This document shows positions 1 to 12,345 of a stretch of 64,000 nt of DNA, in pieces. The stretch lies in contig NC_086097.1 of assembly GCF_963921235.1 (NCBI RefSeq), positions 247,258,001 through 247,322,000 on the forward strand, written 5' to 3'. The notes beneath the pieces were generated by a model. It worked only from the letters and a program-made list of their open reading frames with translations. It did not search any database and had not been told where the DNA came from. Source of the DNA: Mobula hypostoma (lineage: Eukaryota). The stretch's first letter is position 1. Every line of letters begins with the position of its first letter. The position numbers and the translations under genes were made by a program.

Positions 1-371
1 TCACCAATCGACGTGGCATCAGGAGTGCGCAGTTGAGTGTTGTTTCTGCCCAGTGCTCGTGTTTACCGTATATCGGTCTGAGTCGTTTTGAATGGATGGC
101 TGTTGTTCTGGCCCCCGGCCAACTGGATAACTGAGTGTTCTCCACTGGCCCGTATCCCTAGTTATCAGTTGTGAGTGCTGGCTTCTTGGGACCCAATTTA
201 CAGTTCTTCAAATATGAGAAAAGGTGAGGTTGGAGGAGCAACCCCTTATATTCTGTCTGGGTAGCCTCCGGCCCAATGGAATGAGCACCGATTTCTCAAA
301 CTTCCAGTAATAGCCCCCACCCCTCGTTCACCATTGCCCATTCTTGTTTCCCTCTCACACCCTCTTTTCTT

Positions 372-565
372 ACAACACACATCAAAGTTGCTGGTGAACG
401 CAGCAGGCCAGGCAGCATCTCTAGGAAGAGGTACAGTCGATGTTTCAGGCCGAGACCCTTCGTCAGGACCGACGTTTCAGGCCAAGACCCTTCGTCAGGA
501 CTCGGCCTGAAACGTCGACTGTACCTCTTCCTAGAGATGCTGCCCGGCCTGCTGCCTTTTCCAGC
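372..565. mobile_element. Fold-back Penelope-like (PLE) 3'-end fragment with an internal tandem duplication
   Basis: 400-454 and 501-555 are reverse complements. The sequence matches the 3' end of the GIY-YIG element at 48529-49846. A 32-nt unit is duplicated at 438-469 and 470-501. Confidence 0.8.
434..502 (-). ncRNA. Two head-to-tail minimal hammerhead ribozyme cores
   Basis: Minus strand reads AGTC CTGACGA AGGGTCTTGGCCT GAAAC GTC GGTC CTGACGA AGGGTCTCGGCCT GAAAC ATC GACTG, i.e. two CUGANGA...GAAA cores. Confidence 0.65.
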
Positions 566-1004
566 GCTTTATCTCTTTCACTGATCAACTTCGGAACTCT
601 CTACTTCAACCCCTCCCCCTCTCCCGGTTTCGCCTGCCACCTTCTACTTCTTCCTCCGCTCCCCCCACCTTCTTAGCCGTGCTCCTCCCACCTTCCTTTC
701 CAGTCCTGATGAAGGATCTCAGTCTGTGTACTTTTTTCCATGGATGCTGCCTGGCCTGCTGAATTCCTCCAGCACTTTGTGTTTGCATTGCTTCCAGTTC
801 TTCATAAAGTATTACCTGTGCGGCAGCATCTGTGGTAACGATTGCTATCTAATGACCAATTGCCAAATCTGATGATACCATTGTAGTCACTGGGATCTAC
901 CCAGTCCATAAGACTATGAGATTTAAGTCCGTGATCATAAACCTGATTCTGAATCAGATTCAGATTCTAATTCTGTTCTGAGCAGTAAACAGTCTCCTAA
1001 ATAT

Positions 1005-1412
1005 TTTGTTTGATGGCTCTGGGCCTCTACTCCTTGGAATTCAGAAGAACAAGGGGTGACCTTGCTGAAAGGCCTGATAGAGTGGATGTAGAGAGGATGC
1101 TTCCTGTGGTAGCAGCATCGAGGACTAGAGGCACAGCCTCAGAATAGAGGGGTGTCCTTTTAGAATGGAGATGAGGAGAAATTTCTTTCGCCAGTGAGTG
1201 GCGAATCTGTGGAATTTGTTGACACAGGCAGCTGTGGAGGCCAGGTCTCTGGGTATATTTAAAGCAGAGGTTGATAGGTTCTTGATTAGTCAGGGCATGA
1301 AGGGATACGGGGAGAAGGCAGGAGATTGGGGCTGAGAGGGAAAATGGATCAGCCATGATGAAATGATGGAGTAGACTCGATGGGCCAAATGACCTAATTC
1401 TGCTCTTATGGT
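1005..1412 (+). mobile_element. CR1 LINE 3' fragment
   Basis: Similar to the RT C-terminus and 3'UTR of the other CR1 copies (gaggagaaatttcttt...aatctgtggaatt; cttatgg tail). Confidence 0.8.
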
Positions 1413-2904
1413 GTGCACAGACATGCCAGAATGGGAATGGGGAGTAGAATTGAAATGGTTGGTCAAGGTGAATTACACACTATTTCACACACTCACTCAC
1501 ATACACAGTATGTGCAACCACTAAATCAATCACACAAACTATCGATCACACGCTATTAATCAATCCACCATCCAACCCCACTGTCTCCTTTTCTACATAA
1601 ACCCCACCTTCTCACCACTATTGGCATCCTCCTCCCTCCCAGCCTCTTATAAGCTGCATGATATCAGCAAATTTACAAACAAAAGACAGTGGACAGGGTG
1701 CTCAATATCCTTCATCAAGTCCATTTGGATTAAAACAAGGGAGTATGTATTAAATTAAATACAGACATATACAAGATCTCCCATAATTTTCATATCACTC
1801 AACCTGCATAAACTAAAATTTGCAACTTTCCATCGCATAATTGAAAGATAAAAAGTAAATTAATAAAGTCTACCAGTGCATGTTTGAAAGCTGCCATGCA
1901 GAATGAGATTCCAACTGTATTAGATCACAGTTGCCAGGGACAATATTTCTCCTGGGCCTGGGTCTTGCAGAGCTGCATAGATGTAGGACCAGAGGGCACA
2001 GCCTTAGAATAGAAGGATGTCCCTTTAGAACAGAGATGTGGAGGAATTTCTTTAGCCAGAGGGTGGTAAATCTGTGAATCTGTGTTCTTATGAAGAACTG
2101 GAAGCAATGCAAGCACAAAGTGCTGGAGGAATTCAGCAGGCCAGGCAGCATTAATGGAAAAAAGCACAAAGTAAATGTTATTATCAAGGTACATATATGT
2201 CACCGTATACAACCCTGAGGCTCATTTTCTTGTGGGCATACTCAATAAATCCATAGAATAATAACTACAACAGAATCAAAGAAAACAACCCAACTATGGT
2301 GTTCAACCAGAGAGTGCAGAAGTCAACAAACTCCATAAGTACAAAATGGAGAAATAATAATAATAATGATAAATAAATAAACAATAAATATCAAAAACAT
2401 GAGACGAAGAGTCCTTGAAATTGAGTTCAGTGGTTGTGGGGATATTTCAATGATATGGCTAGTGAAGTTGAGTGAAGTTATCCCCTTTGGTTCAAGAGCC
2501 AGATGGTTGAGGGGTAATAACTGTTCCTGAACCTGGTGGTGTGAGTCCTAAGGCTCCTGTACCTTCTTCCTGATGGCAGCAGTGAGAAGAGAGCATGACG
2601 TGGGTGGTGGAGGTTGTATAGAGGTTCTTGTTTAGTAAGGCATCAAAGGTTATGGGGAGAAGGCAGAAGAATGGGGTTGGGAGGGATAATGAACCAGTCA
2701 ATGGCGGTGCAGACTTGATGGGCTGAATGGCCTAATTCCACTCCTATGTCTTATGGTCTTCTCTCAGACAGGATCACCCTCAATTTCAGAATAATTGCAA
2801 ACTGTTTCTGTTGATAATGCCATATGTGGCATCAAGAAAACTACTTTCGGCCAAGTGGTGAACCTCTTTATTTTCGGTAACCGCAGCTTCTAAGCTCACT
2901 GTGG

Positions 2905-3452
2905 GACAGGCTGGGTGAGTGGACAGATGCATGGCAGATGCAGTTTAATGTGGATAAATGTGAGGTTATCCACTTTGGTGGCAAGAACGGGAAGGCAGAT
3001 TATTATCTAAATGGAGTCAAGTTAGGAAAAGGGGAAGCACAACGAGATCTAGGTGTTCTTGTACATCAGTCACTGAAAGTAAGCATGCAGGTACAGCAGG
3101 CAGTGAAGAAAGCTAATGGCATGCTGGCCTTCATAACAAGGGGAATTGAGTATAAGAGCAAAGAGGTCCTTCTGCAGCTGTACAGGGCCCTGGTGAGACC
3201 ACACCTGGAGTACTGTGTGCAGTTTTGGTCTCCAAATTTGAAGAAGGACATTCTTGCTATTGAGGGAGTGAAGCATAGGTTCACAAGGTTAATTCCCGGG
3301 ATGGCGGGTCTGTCATATGTTGAAAGATTGGAGCGACTGGGCTTGTATACTCTGGAATTTAGAAGGCTGAGAGGGGATCTTATTGAAACATATAAGATTA
3401 TTAAGGGATTGGACACGCTGGAGGCAGGAAGCATGTTCTCGCTGATGGGTGA
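2905..3452 (+). mobile_element. CR1 LINE ORF2 (RT) fragment
   Basis: ORF 2938-3516 contains WQMQFNVDKC, RDLGV and LVRPHLEYCVQFWSP, typical of CR1 RT. Confidence 0.92.
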
Positions 3453-6204
3453 GTGCATAGCTCCCAGCAGGGACCCGGAATCTCAAGGGCTTACCCCACC
3501 CTCTGTCCACCAGTAGGTACCAGGTCAAGGTCATAATCAAAATACATTTATGATCGAAGTACGTACTGGTCACCATAATGGTGTGGAGTGACAGAGGCAC
3601 TGAACAGTGACTCCTTCGAGCTCATCTGCGGAAACAGCTTGATTTCTACCTTTGATGTCTCTCTTTTACCTTTTCAGAGTGGGTGGGGTTCTGTTACAGA
3701 CCCTGACCTGGAATTACACTCAAACTTCAGTCGTGGGACCCACTACCGAGGGCTCACCACCGGGCGCTTTTCAAAATCCCAAGGATGCGGCCCAGAAGAC
3801 GAGCACGCCTTGGGGGTTTTGAGGCCTTGCAGCCCTGGGGACGGGCTGATTCTAAGCCAGAACCGCTGACTGAAACGTTGCGGGAGAGAACAGAACATTG
3901 AGAACAATGGATCAGCTGTCAGAGGCTCTGTACTCGGTGAATTGTGCTCTCTCTCTCTCTCTCTCTCACACATTGGTGGGGGTGTTTATTGCTGATTCTT
4001 GAGTTGGAGAACTTGGAAAGAAGCACTGCAACAGACTTTATCATTGCAAATCAGCAAGTTGTTTTGTTATGTCTCCCCTCTTGCTGTGAAAGTGTGACAT
4101 CTCTCTCTCCCTTTATTAGGGAGGGAGGGAGAGAGAGACTGTGGTATGTCGAATTATCGGGTGAACAGTTAGCTTTTGTTGTTCTGCAGATCATGGTCTT
4201 TCTTGGGGCTTGCGATTGTGTGCTTAGTGGGTGGAGGTGCTATTGCTTTATTTGTAGAAGTAAGTGGGGGAGGGGGAGGGAGAGGGTCCTTGCTTTGCTG
4301 CCGCTTGTGCATGTGAGGGGGGAGTAGAGGGCTTTGGGGTGCTAAAGTTTTTACTGTCACTCATTCTTTGGGGCACTCTTCTGTTTTCCTGGATGTTGGC
4401 ATAGAACAAGAATTTCAGGATGAACATTAGACCACAAGACCATAAGATATAAGAACAGAAACAGGCCATTCAGCCCATTGAGTCTGTTCCGCCATTCATT
4501 CATGGGCTGATCCACTTCATCCAGTCATCCTCACTCCCCTGCTTTCACCCCATACCCTTTGATGCCCTGTATTGCATACATTTCTCTGATATTAAATGGA
4601 ACTATTGAGTTGTGGAATCAGTTCAGTGTTGGGGCGAGTGAAGTTGAGTGAGCTTATTCCCTCTGGTTACAGGGGAAGATGAGAAATATGAAGGAGTGGT
4701 CCCAGCTCATCATTTACATCCCTATCTCCGAGCTGAGTCGAGTGACCTAAGCAGACTCGATGAGCTGAATGGCCTAATTCTGTTCCAATGTCTTATGGAC
4801 ATTATTCCCTTAGACTAGAAGGGATTCAAAGGTTCAATGGTACAGTTAATATCAGAGAATGTATACAGCATACAACCTGAACTTCTTACTCTTCACAAAC
4901 ATCTATGAAACATGAAACCCAATAGAATGAATGACAGAAACATTCCCTCTTATCAAAGCCAAAGTCAAGGTCAAATGTATTGCCATATGCACCAGCACGT
5001 GCAATGTCAACTTACTTGCGGTAGTATCACAGGGAGATATTGCTGCGAGCCTGCTGAGTTATAGCCCAAATGCAACCCAAGTAATCTTGACCATTGCTGG
5101 TCTGATGTTTTTAATCCAAGGTTCTTTCAGAAGTCAGGAAGGATGCTCAAACTTGTTGCTTCACAATCATTTTATTAAGTATTAATATAACAAAGAAAAT
5201 TGGAAAACAAACAGTAACAGCAACAGAAAGCAGAACAAAAACTAACAGATGGCGTTGCCTCGTGGTCAGCAGTTACGCTAACAAACCACACCACTTAGAG
5301 ACTAAGCATGGGGGGGGGGTGGATTTGATCTTGTATGACACGCTATCCAATAATGAAGCTCTAATGGCGAAGAATACTTTTGATCTTTTATTAATAAACT
5401 AGTAAAACAAACAATCTTGAAATGATAAAAACTAATGAAACTAAAACTAGCGATATAACAAAATAAACAATCTCAGCACAATGAACATACTTAAACCAAG
5501 TGTTCTTAAATGTATCCAAGAATATACAAATATATTGAAGCGATTTTAAATGTAACTATGCAGTCTTAAGCTGTCAACAAAAAGGAAATCACCCCCTTGC
5601 GCACTCCCTTCGCTCTACCCAAACGAAACTGACCCCAAACACAAAGCGCAAATAAATAACTAAACTCTTCACGTCTGCCACACCCCAACCCACGTGACTA
5701 ACTACCATAATGAACATAATAAACTCCTAACACAAAATACAGTACAGATAGAAAATAGATACATGGCTTCTACAGATAAGTAACATTCCATTCAGATTTG
5801 CAGATAAGAGTCAGCAATAATCAGAAATCCCCTATTCAAATAAAGCAGCACCAGAGAAGCTTCCAGAGCTTTCCAAAATCATACAAATGAGGCCATAGGA
5901 CATAGAAGCAGAATTAAGCCATTCAGCCCATCAAGTCTGCTCTGCCATTTCATCAGGGCTGGTCCATTTTCCCTCTCAACCCCGTTCTCCTGCCTTCTCC
6001 CTATAAACACTTGGGCACACTGCATATAATACTGTGGCCACTAGGGAGCATAATAAACTGTTACATGTATATATAAAACTATTTAAGATACAAGCAGATA
6101 ATTCATTGTTAATCTGCAAAGAAAGTAACAATTAAACAGTCTAATCTAAGAATTAAACAGTCGGATCCAATGGCATACTTCAATCATTAAAATCAATGTA
6201 ATAC

Positions 6205-8105
6205 AGCTTGGGGTCCACATCCACAGATCCCTCAAAGCTGCAGTGTAAGTTGATAGGGTTGTTCAGAATGCATATGATGCGTTGGCTGGCATTAATTGGG
6301 GGATTGAGTTCAAGAGCCAAGAGGTGATGTTGCAGCTCTATAAAACTCTGGTCAGACCGCACTTGGCATATTGTGTTCAGTTCTGGTTTAAGATGATGCT
6401 GGTAAATTTCAGCGGCTTCTGACTGGTGGCCGATGAAATAAGGAAAGCAAATTAAATACTTTATTAATCACCCTTCTTCTGGCGATGAACCACTGCAAGC
6501 AATAGTTTGCAACTTCCCTTTTGGACTTGGAGGCAACTCGATGTGGCAGAACTGAGCCGAGGTGATGTAGTGGGCCCGTTGCCGCGAGTGAGGAAGACTC
6601 AAAGTTGGGTTGATTTAAGTGCTGGGCCGAATTGGAAGGGTCAAGTACAGCCTGGATCGAGGCGGAGGGTCCAGGCCCCAAGGTGTACTGAAGCGACTGA
6701 ACCCAATGTTTGGGCGATGATCTCTGCAGCGGGCCAGATTGAGAACCTCAAGGTGTTGGGATTGAGGAGAGGAAAGGGCCAGTTTAGTTTGCTGCTGTTT
6801 GCTCTGCACTGTCTGTGGACAGACTCTCTTCGTGAACTTCAGTTCAGATCGCTATTTGCCTGCGTTTATTGTTTGCACGATTAGTTTTTTCCTGTACATC
6901 AGTTGTTTGATGGTCTTTTTTTATGGGTTCTTTGGGGTTTCCTTGTTCCGCGGCTGTCTGTTAGGACAGCGGTCCCCAACCACTGGGCCGTAAAGCATGT
7001 GCTACCGGGCCATGAGGAAATGATACGAGTCAGCTGCACCTTTCCTCATTCCCTGTCACGCACTGTTGAACTTGAACATAAGGTTGCCAACTGTCCCGTA
7101 TTTGCCGGGACATCCCGTATATTGGGCTAAATTCGTTTGTCCCGTATTTCCCCTGCTAAGGTAGAGCATTCCTATGAAACCTTTCGTGCCGAAATGGCGT
7201 GAAGCCATTAATTACCATTAATTTATATGGGAAAAATTCTTCAGCTTTCCCAGACCAAAAAAAAACCTAACAAATCATACCAAATAATACATAAAACCTA
7301 AAATAACACTACCATATAGTAAAAGCAGGAATGATATGATAAATACCATATGTTATGATAAACGATATGATAAATATAAAGTAGAAATAATGTATATACA
7401 GTACGGTCGGGAAGATGAAGGCAAAACCGATTTGTGGGGAAAAGAATCGGCACATACGCGCATGCACGTCATCCATGCGCACACAGATGCCCGCGCAAGG
7501 CTTCATGGTCATTGTAGTCTTTCCTGAGGTAAAGTGTCCCGTATTTGACTGCTACTTTTGTCCCTTATTTGGGAGTGAGAAAGTTGGCAACCCTATCTGT
7601 AAAAGACATGTTGAGATGAGTTTTAACCCTACCTGTACACCGCACCCCTGCCTCCCGGGTCGGCCGGTCCGCAAGAATATTGTCAATATTAAACCGGTTC
7701 ACGGTGCGGAAAAGGTTGAGGACCCCGGTGTTAGGATCAAGGTTTTGTATCTTGAATCACAAGGTTCTGTAATGTATACATACTCTGATAACAAAAGTAC
7801 TTCTGAACTTGAACTTTGAGGTCTGGTCTGGTCACCTCAGCGTAGGAAGGGTGTGGAAGCTTTAGAGAGGATGCAGGGGAGATATAGAGAGCATGTCGTA
7901 TGTCGTTGAGTGAGCTCGGGCTTCTCTTTTGGATTAAAGGAGGATGAGAGGTGATTTGATAGAGGTGTACAAAATGACATAACTTGAGTAGACAGCTAGA
8001 GACTTTTCCCGGGGCAGAAATGGCTAATACAAGAGGTCAAACTTTTAAGGTGATTTTAGGAAAGTATAGGGAGGATGTCACAGGTAGCTTTTTTTTAACA
8101 CAGAG
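6205..8105 (+). mobile_element. CR1 fragment split by nested insertions (6389-7820)
   Basis: CR1 RT sequence stops at ttcagttctggt (~6388) and resumes at tctggtcacctca (~7828). Confidence 0.75.
6967..7728. mobile_element. Non-autonomous hAT (Charlie-like) MITE containing a second internal TIR pair
   Basis: TIRs CAGCGGTCCCCAACC and GGTTGAGGACCCCGG. Perfect 8-bp TSD TGTTAGGA at 6959-6966 and 7729-7736. Internal TIR pair TAAGGTTGCCAACT (7079-7092) and AGTTGGCAACCCTA (7582-7595). Confidence 0.88.
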
Positions 8106-8282
8106 AGTAGTAGTTAGAGAAAATTCAAAAATCTGAGGTGCATTGGGACTTGGGAGTCCTTGTGCAGGATTCCATAAAGGTTGATTATCAACAGGAATTC
8201 TGCAGATGCTGGAAATTCAAGCAACATACATCAAAGTTGCTGGTGAACACAGCAGGCCAAGCAGCATCTATAGGAAGAGGCG

Positions 8283-8320
8283 CAGTCGACGTTTCAGGCC
8301 GAGACCCTTCGTCAGGACTA
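8283..8320 (-). ncRNA. Minimal type-I hammerhead ribozyme (PLE-associated)
   Basis: UAGUC-CUGACGA-A-GGGU CUCG GCCU-GAAAC-GUC-GACUG. Stem I is UAGUC/GACUG, the cleavage triplet is GUC and stem III is the palindrome ACGU. Confidence 0.78.
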
Positions 8321-8620
8321 ACTGAAGGAAGAGTGAGTAAGGCATTTGAAAGCTGGAGGGGGAGGGGGAGATGCAAAATGATAGGAGAAGACAGGAGGGG
8401 GAGGGATAGAGCCGAGAGCTGGACAGGTGATAGGCAAAAGGGGATACGAGAGGATCATGGGACAGGAGGCCTAGGGAGAAAGACGGGGGGGGGGGTGACC
8501 CTTTTGCCTATCACCTGTCCAGCTCTCGGCTCTATCCCTCCCCCTCCTGTCTTCTCCTATCATTTTGCATCTCCCCCTCCCCCTCCAGCTTTCAAATCCC
8601 TTACTCACTCTTCCTTCAGT

Positions 8621-8658
8621 TAGTCCTGACGAAGGGTCTCGGCCTGAAACGTCGACTG
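8621..8658 (+). ncRNA. Minimal type-I hammerhead ribozyme (PLE-associated)
   Basis: TAGTC CTGACGA AGGGTCTCGGCCT GAAAC GTC GACTG. Confidence 0.78.
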
Positions 8659-10194
8659 CGCCTCTTCCTATAGATGCTGCTTGGCCTGCTGCGTTCACCA
8701 GCAACTTTGATGTATGTTGGTTGAAGGTTGATTATCAGCTTGAGTCTGTGGTGAGGCAGGCGAATGCGAGGTTAGCATTCATTTCAAGAGGACCAGAATA
8801 TAAAAGCAAGGATGTAATGCTGAGGCTTTATAAGGCACTGGTAAGGCCTCACATGGAGCATTGTGAGCAGTTTGAGCTCGTTATCTAAGAAAAGATATGC
8901 TGACATTGGAGAGGTTGAAAGGGGGGTTCGTGAAAATGATTCCTGGATTGAAAGACTTGTCATATGAAGAGTGTCTGAAGACCCTGGGCCTCTTCTCAAT
9001 AGAATGCAGAAGAATGAGGGGTGACCTTATTGAAACCTATTGAATGTTGACAGGCCTTGATAGAGTGAATGTGGAGAGGATTTTTCGTATAATGGGGGAG
9101 TTTAAGACCAGAGGACACAGCTTAAGAAAGGAGAGGCATCCTTTTAGAACAGAGATGAGGCATAATTATCGCCTTATGGTCTTATAATTTCTTTAGTCAG
9201 AGGGTGGTGAATTTGTGGAATTCTTTGCCACAGGCAGCTGTGGAGGCCAAGTCTTTGTGTCTATTTAAGACAGAGGTTGATAGATTTTTGATTGATCAGG
9301 GCATGAAGGGATTTGGGGAGAAGGCAGGAGATTGGGGCTGAGAGGAAATTGGATCAGCCATAATGAAATGACAGAGCAGACTCGATGGGCCAAATGGCCC
9401 AATTCTGCTCCAAAATCTTATGGTCTTATATTATGGACATTTAATATTCTTAGGAAGGCACACGGATGAAGGAAAAATAGATGGCTTTGTAGGAGGGAAG
9501 GGTTAGATTGATCCTGGCATAGATTAAAAGGTCAGCACAACATCATGAACCAAAGATCTCATACTGTGCTGTAATGTTCTATGTTCTTTCCTATATTCCA
9601 GCCCTGTTTGATTTGCCACACATCTTTTGCATCAGTCTGGTTTTATTTTCAGACTAGTTTGGATGTGAGTGTCCTGCTGGGAGAGTCAATAATTTCAACT
9701 GAAGTGCTTAGTACTCTTATAGATTAGGGATGGGTGGCCACTGTCATGGCCAATCTATCTCAACAGAGTTATTGATCACCCCTTTGCAATGTTTAAAGTG
9801 GCACAGCATTTGTCTACTTCTGAGACACTAAGAGCGACTGCTCTGATCACTGCCGCCGCGATGAGATTGTCCCATTTCGGGACCGGGAATGAGAAGGTGT
9901 TGCAGGTCAATCACTTTGATGTCGGGCTGGAGGTAGTGGAGATGTAATAGCAAACTCTCATTTGACATGGCTTTTAGTGTGGTTCACTGTTAGTGTGGTT
10001 CCATTCTGTCGTGGTTTGGATATGATCTCGATCCCATCCAAGCCCGTTCCGCGGGGCCCATTGCACCAGGAAAAGTCTGATTCAGTTGAACGAAGGTGAG
10101 ATTGTTGTGAATATGCACTGAGGCATCCGCATTTTAAAGATTAGCTTTATTTGTCACATGTGTATCGAAACATTGAAACATAAAGTGGAGACTA

Positions 10195-10560
10195 ACTGCC
10201 GGGTATGGAGGGGCCACTGCACAGGATTGAAAGAAGCTGCAGAAGGTTTTCATCTCAGCCAGGTCCATCATGGGCACTCCTCTGCCCACCATCGAGGATA
10301 CATCAAACGGCGATGCCTCAAGAAGGCAACATCCGTTATGACGGACCCCCACCACCCAGGACGTGCCCTCTTTTCATTGCGACCATCAGGGAAGAGGTAC
10401 AGGAGCCTGACGACACGTAATCAATGTTTCAGCACAGCTTCTTCCCCTCCATCCCACCATCAGATCCCGTGAACACTGCCTCACTATTTTTGCACAACTT
10501 AATACTGTAATTCGTAATATAATTGCTGGTGCCGCAAAACAACAAATTTCCTGATATACA
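10195..10560 (+). mobile_element. Rex1/Babar- or L2-group LINE 3' fragment (high-copy family; also ~16255, 18350, 20710, 24900, 29800, 33435, 39430)
   Basis: Encodes DPHHPGRALFSLRPSGKRYRSL, a C-terminal motif of this LINE group, and recurs across the window. Confidence 0.7.
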
Positions 10561-10865
10561 TATATAGTCATAGAAAATTACAGCACAGATACAGCCTATC
10601 TCGTCTGTCTGTGCTGAACCATTTAATCTGCCTAGTCCCACTGACCTGCTCCCGGAATATATCCCTCCATACACCTACTATCCAAACTTCTCTTAAATGT
10701 TGACATCAAGCTGGCATGTACCACTCTCACCACCCTCTGAGTGAAGACGTTTCCACTCATGTTCTCCTTAGATGTTTCAACCTTAACCCATGACCTCTAG
10801 TTGTTGTCCCACCCAACCTCAGTGGAATATAAAATCAGTGAATTTATAGAAGATATCAGTGATAA

Positions 10866-11415
10866 TAAGACCATAAGATATAGGAGCAGAAGTAGGCCAT
10901 TCGGCCCATTGAGTCTGCTCCACCTTTCAATCATGGCCACTTCCAGTCATCCCCACTCCCCTGCTTTCTCCCCATACCCTTTGATGCCCTGGCTAATCAA
11001 GAACCTGTCTATCTCTGCCTTAAATGCACCCAATGACTTGGCCTCCACAGCCGCTCATGACAAGAAATTCCATAGATTTACCACCCTCTGACTAAAGTAA
11101 TTTCTCCGCATCTCAGTTCTAAATGGACTTCCTGCAATGCTGAAATCGTGCCCACTTGTCCTAGACTGCCCTACCATGGGAAATAACTTTGCCATATCTA
11201 ATCTGTTCAGGCCTTGTAACATTTGGAATGTTTCTATGAGATCCTCCTTCATTCTCCTGAACTCCAGGGAATACAGCTCAAGAGCTGCCAGACGTTCATC
11301 ATACAGTAACCCTTTTATTCCTGGCATCATTTTCGTGAATCTTCTCTGAACCCTCTCCAATGTCAGTATATCCTTTCTAAAATAAGGAGCCCAAAACTAC
11401 ACACGATACTCCAAT
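10866..11415 (-). mobile_element. CR1 LINE 3' fragment
   Basis: ORF 11055-11360: ERVQRRFTKM...FSQRVVNLWN. Confidence 0.9.
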
Positions 11416-11539
11416 AAGATTTGATTCTGAACCTGATACTGACCACAGTCCGAGGATTGTGCTGGGGGCAGCCTGCAAGTGTCACTATGCTTCTGGCGCC
11501 AACGTAACGTGCCCACGCTCACAGCTTACTACCAGTGCG

Positions 11540-12345
11540 TACAGCTGGGCCTCCTTTCTAAGAAAGGATGTGCTGATATTGGAGACGGTGCAAAGGAAGT
11601 TCAGGAAAATGATTCCGGGATTGAAAGGCCTGTCATATGAGAAGCGTTTGATAGCTCTGGGCCTGTACTCACTGGAATTCAGGGGAATGAGGGGTCACCT
11701 CATCGAAACCTATAGAGAGGTGAAAGGCCTTGATAGAGTGGGTGTGGAGAGGATGTTTCCTATGGTGGGAAGTCCAAGACCAGAGGGCATAGCCTCAGAA
11801 TAGTGTGTGTGCGCGCCCTTAACTCCTGGTGGAGTCGTCAGGGTGCCATCATGACAAGCTTTTTTTTGGTATGCTCATCGTACAGTGTGTCTTGGGCATC
11901 TGAGCCCTGGTGGAGCCCATCCCTCTCCAGGTTTCTTTTACAAGGTCGGGTTGTTAGCTCGACACTCAGCCCAGGCACGGATGAAGAGCATGCAAGGGTG
12001 CTGGCCGGATTCGAACTCGGGACCTCTCGCCCCGAAGTCCAGTGCTGATGCCACCAGCCGGTTCCTCAGAATAGTGGGGCATCCTTCTAGAATGGGGATG
12101 AGGAGAAATTTCTTTAGCCAGAGAAAGGTGAATCTGTGGAAATTGTTGCCACAGGTGGCAGTGGGGGCCAAGCCTTTATGCATATTTAAGGCAAAGGTTG
12201 GTAGATTCTTGATTGGTCAGGGCATGAAGGGATTTGGGGAGAAGGCAGGAGATTGGGCTGAGAGGGAAAATGGATCAGCCATGATGAAATGGCAGAGCAG
12301 ACTTGATGGGCCAAATAGCCTAATTGTGCTCCTATATATTACGGT
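11540..12345 (+). mobile_element. CR1 3' fragment interrupted by a SINE
   Basis: LRKDVLILETVQRKF continues as RRNFFSQRKVNLW across 11806-12063. Confidence 0.85.
11806..12063 (-). mobile_element. tRNA-derived SINE
   Basis: B-box-like GAGTTCGAATCC on the minus strand. 13-bp TSD CCTCAGAATAGTG at 11793-11805 and 12064-12076. Confidence 0.8.

Larger units (their letters stand above)
8191..8723. mobile_element. Palindromic Penelope-like insertion
   Basis: ~220-bp near-perfect inverted arms at 8222-8442 and 8499-8719. 14-bp TSD AAGGTTGATTATCA at 8177-8190 and 8724-8737. Confidence 0.9.
8110..9430 (+). mobile_element. CR1 LINE 3' part, interrupted by a PLE insertion
   Basis: WDLGVLVQDS continues as RLAFISRGPEYKSKDVMLRLYKALVRPH across the insertion. 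CR1 3' tail at ~9420. Confidence 0.88.

Noticed and set aside
438..501. CRISPR-like 32-nt repeat
   Set aside because: Two adjacent units with no spacer, in a eukaryotic retroelement context.
9660..10130. CpG-containing unique segment as an additional exon
   Set aside because: I found no recognisable protein similarity or convincing splice-site pair by eye.
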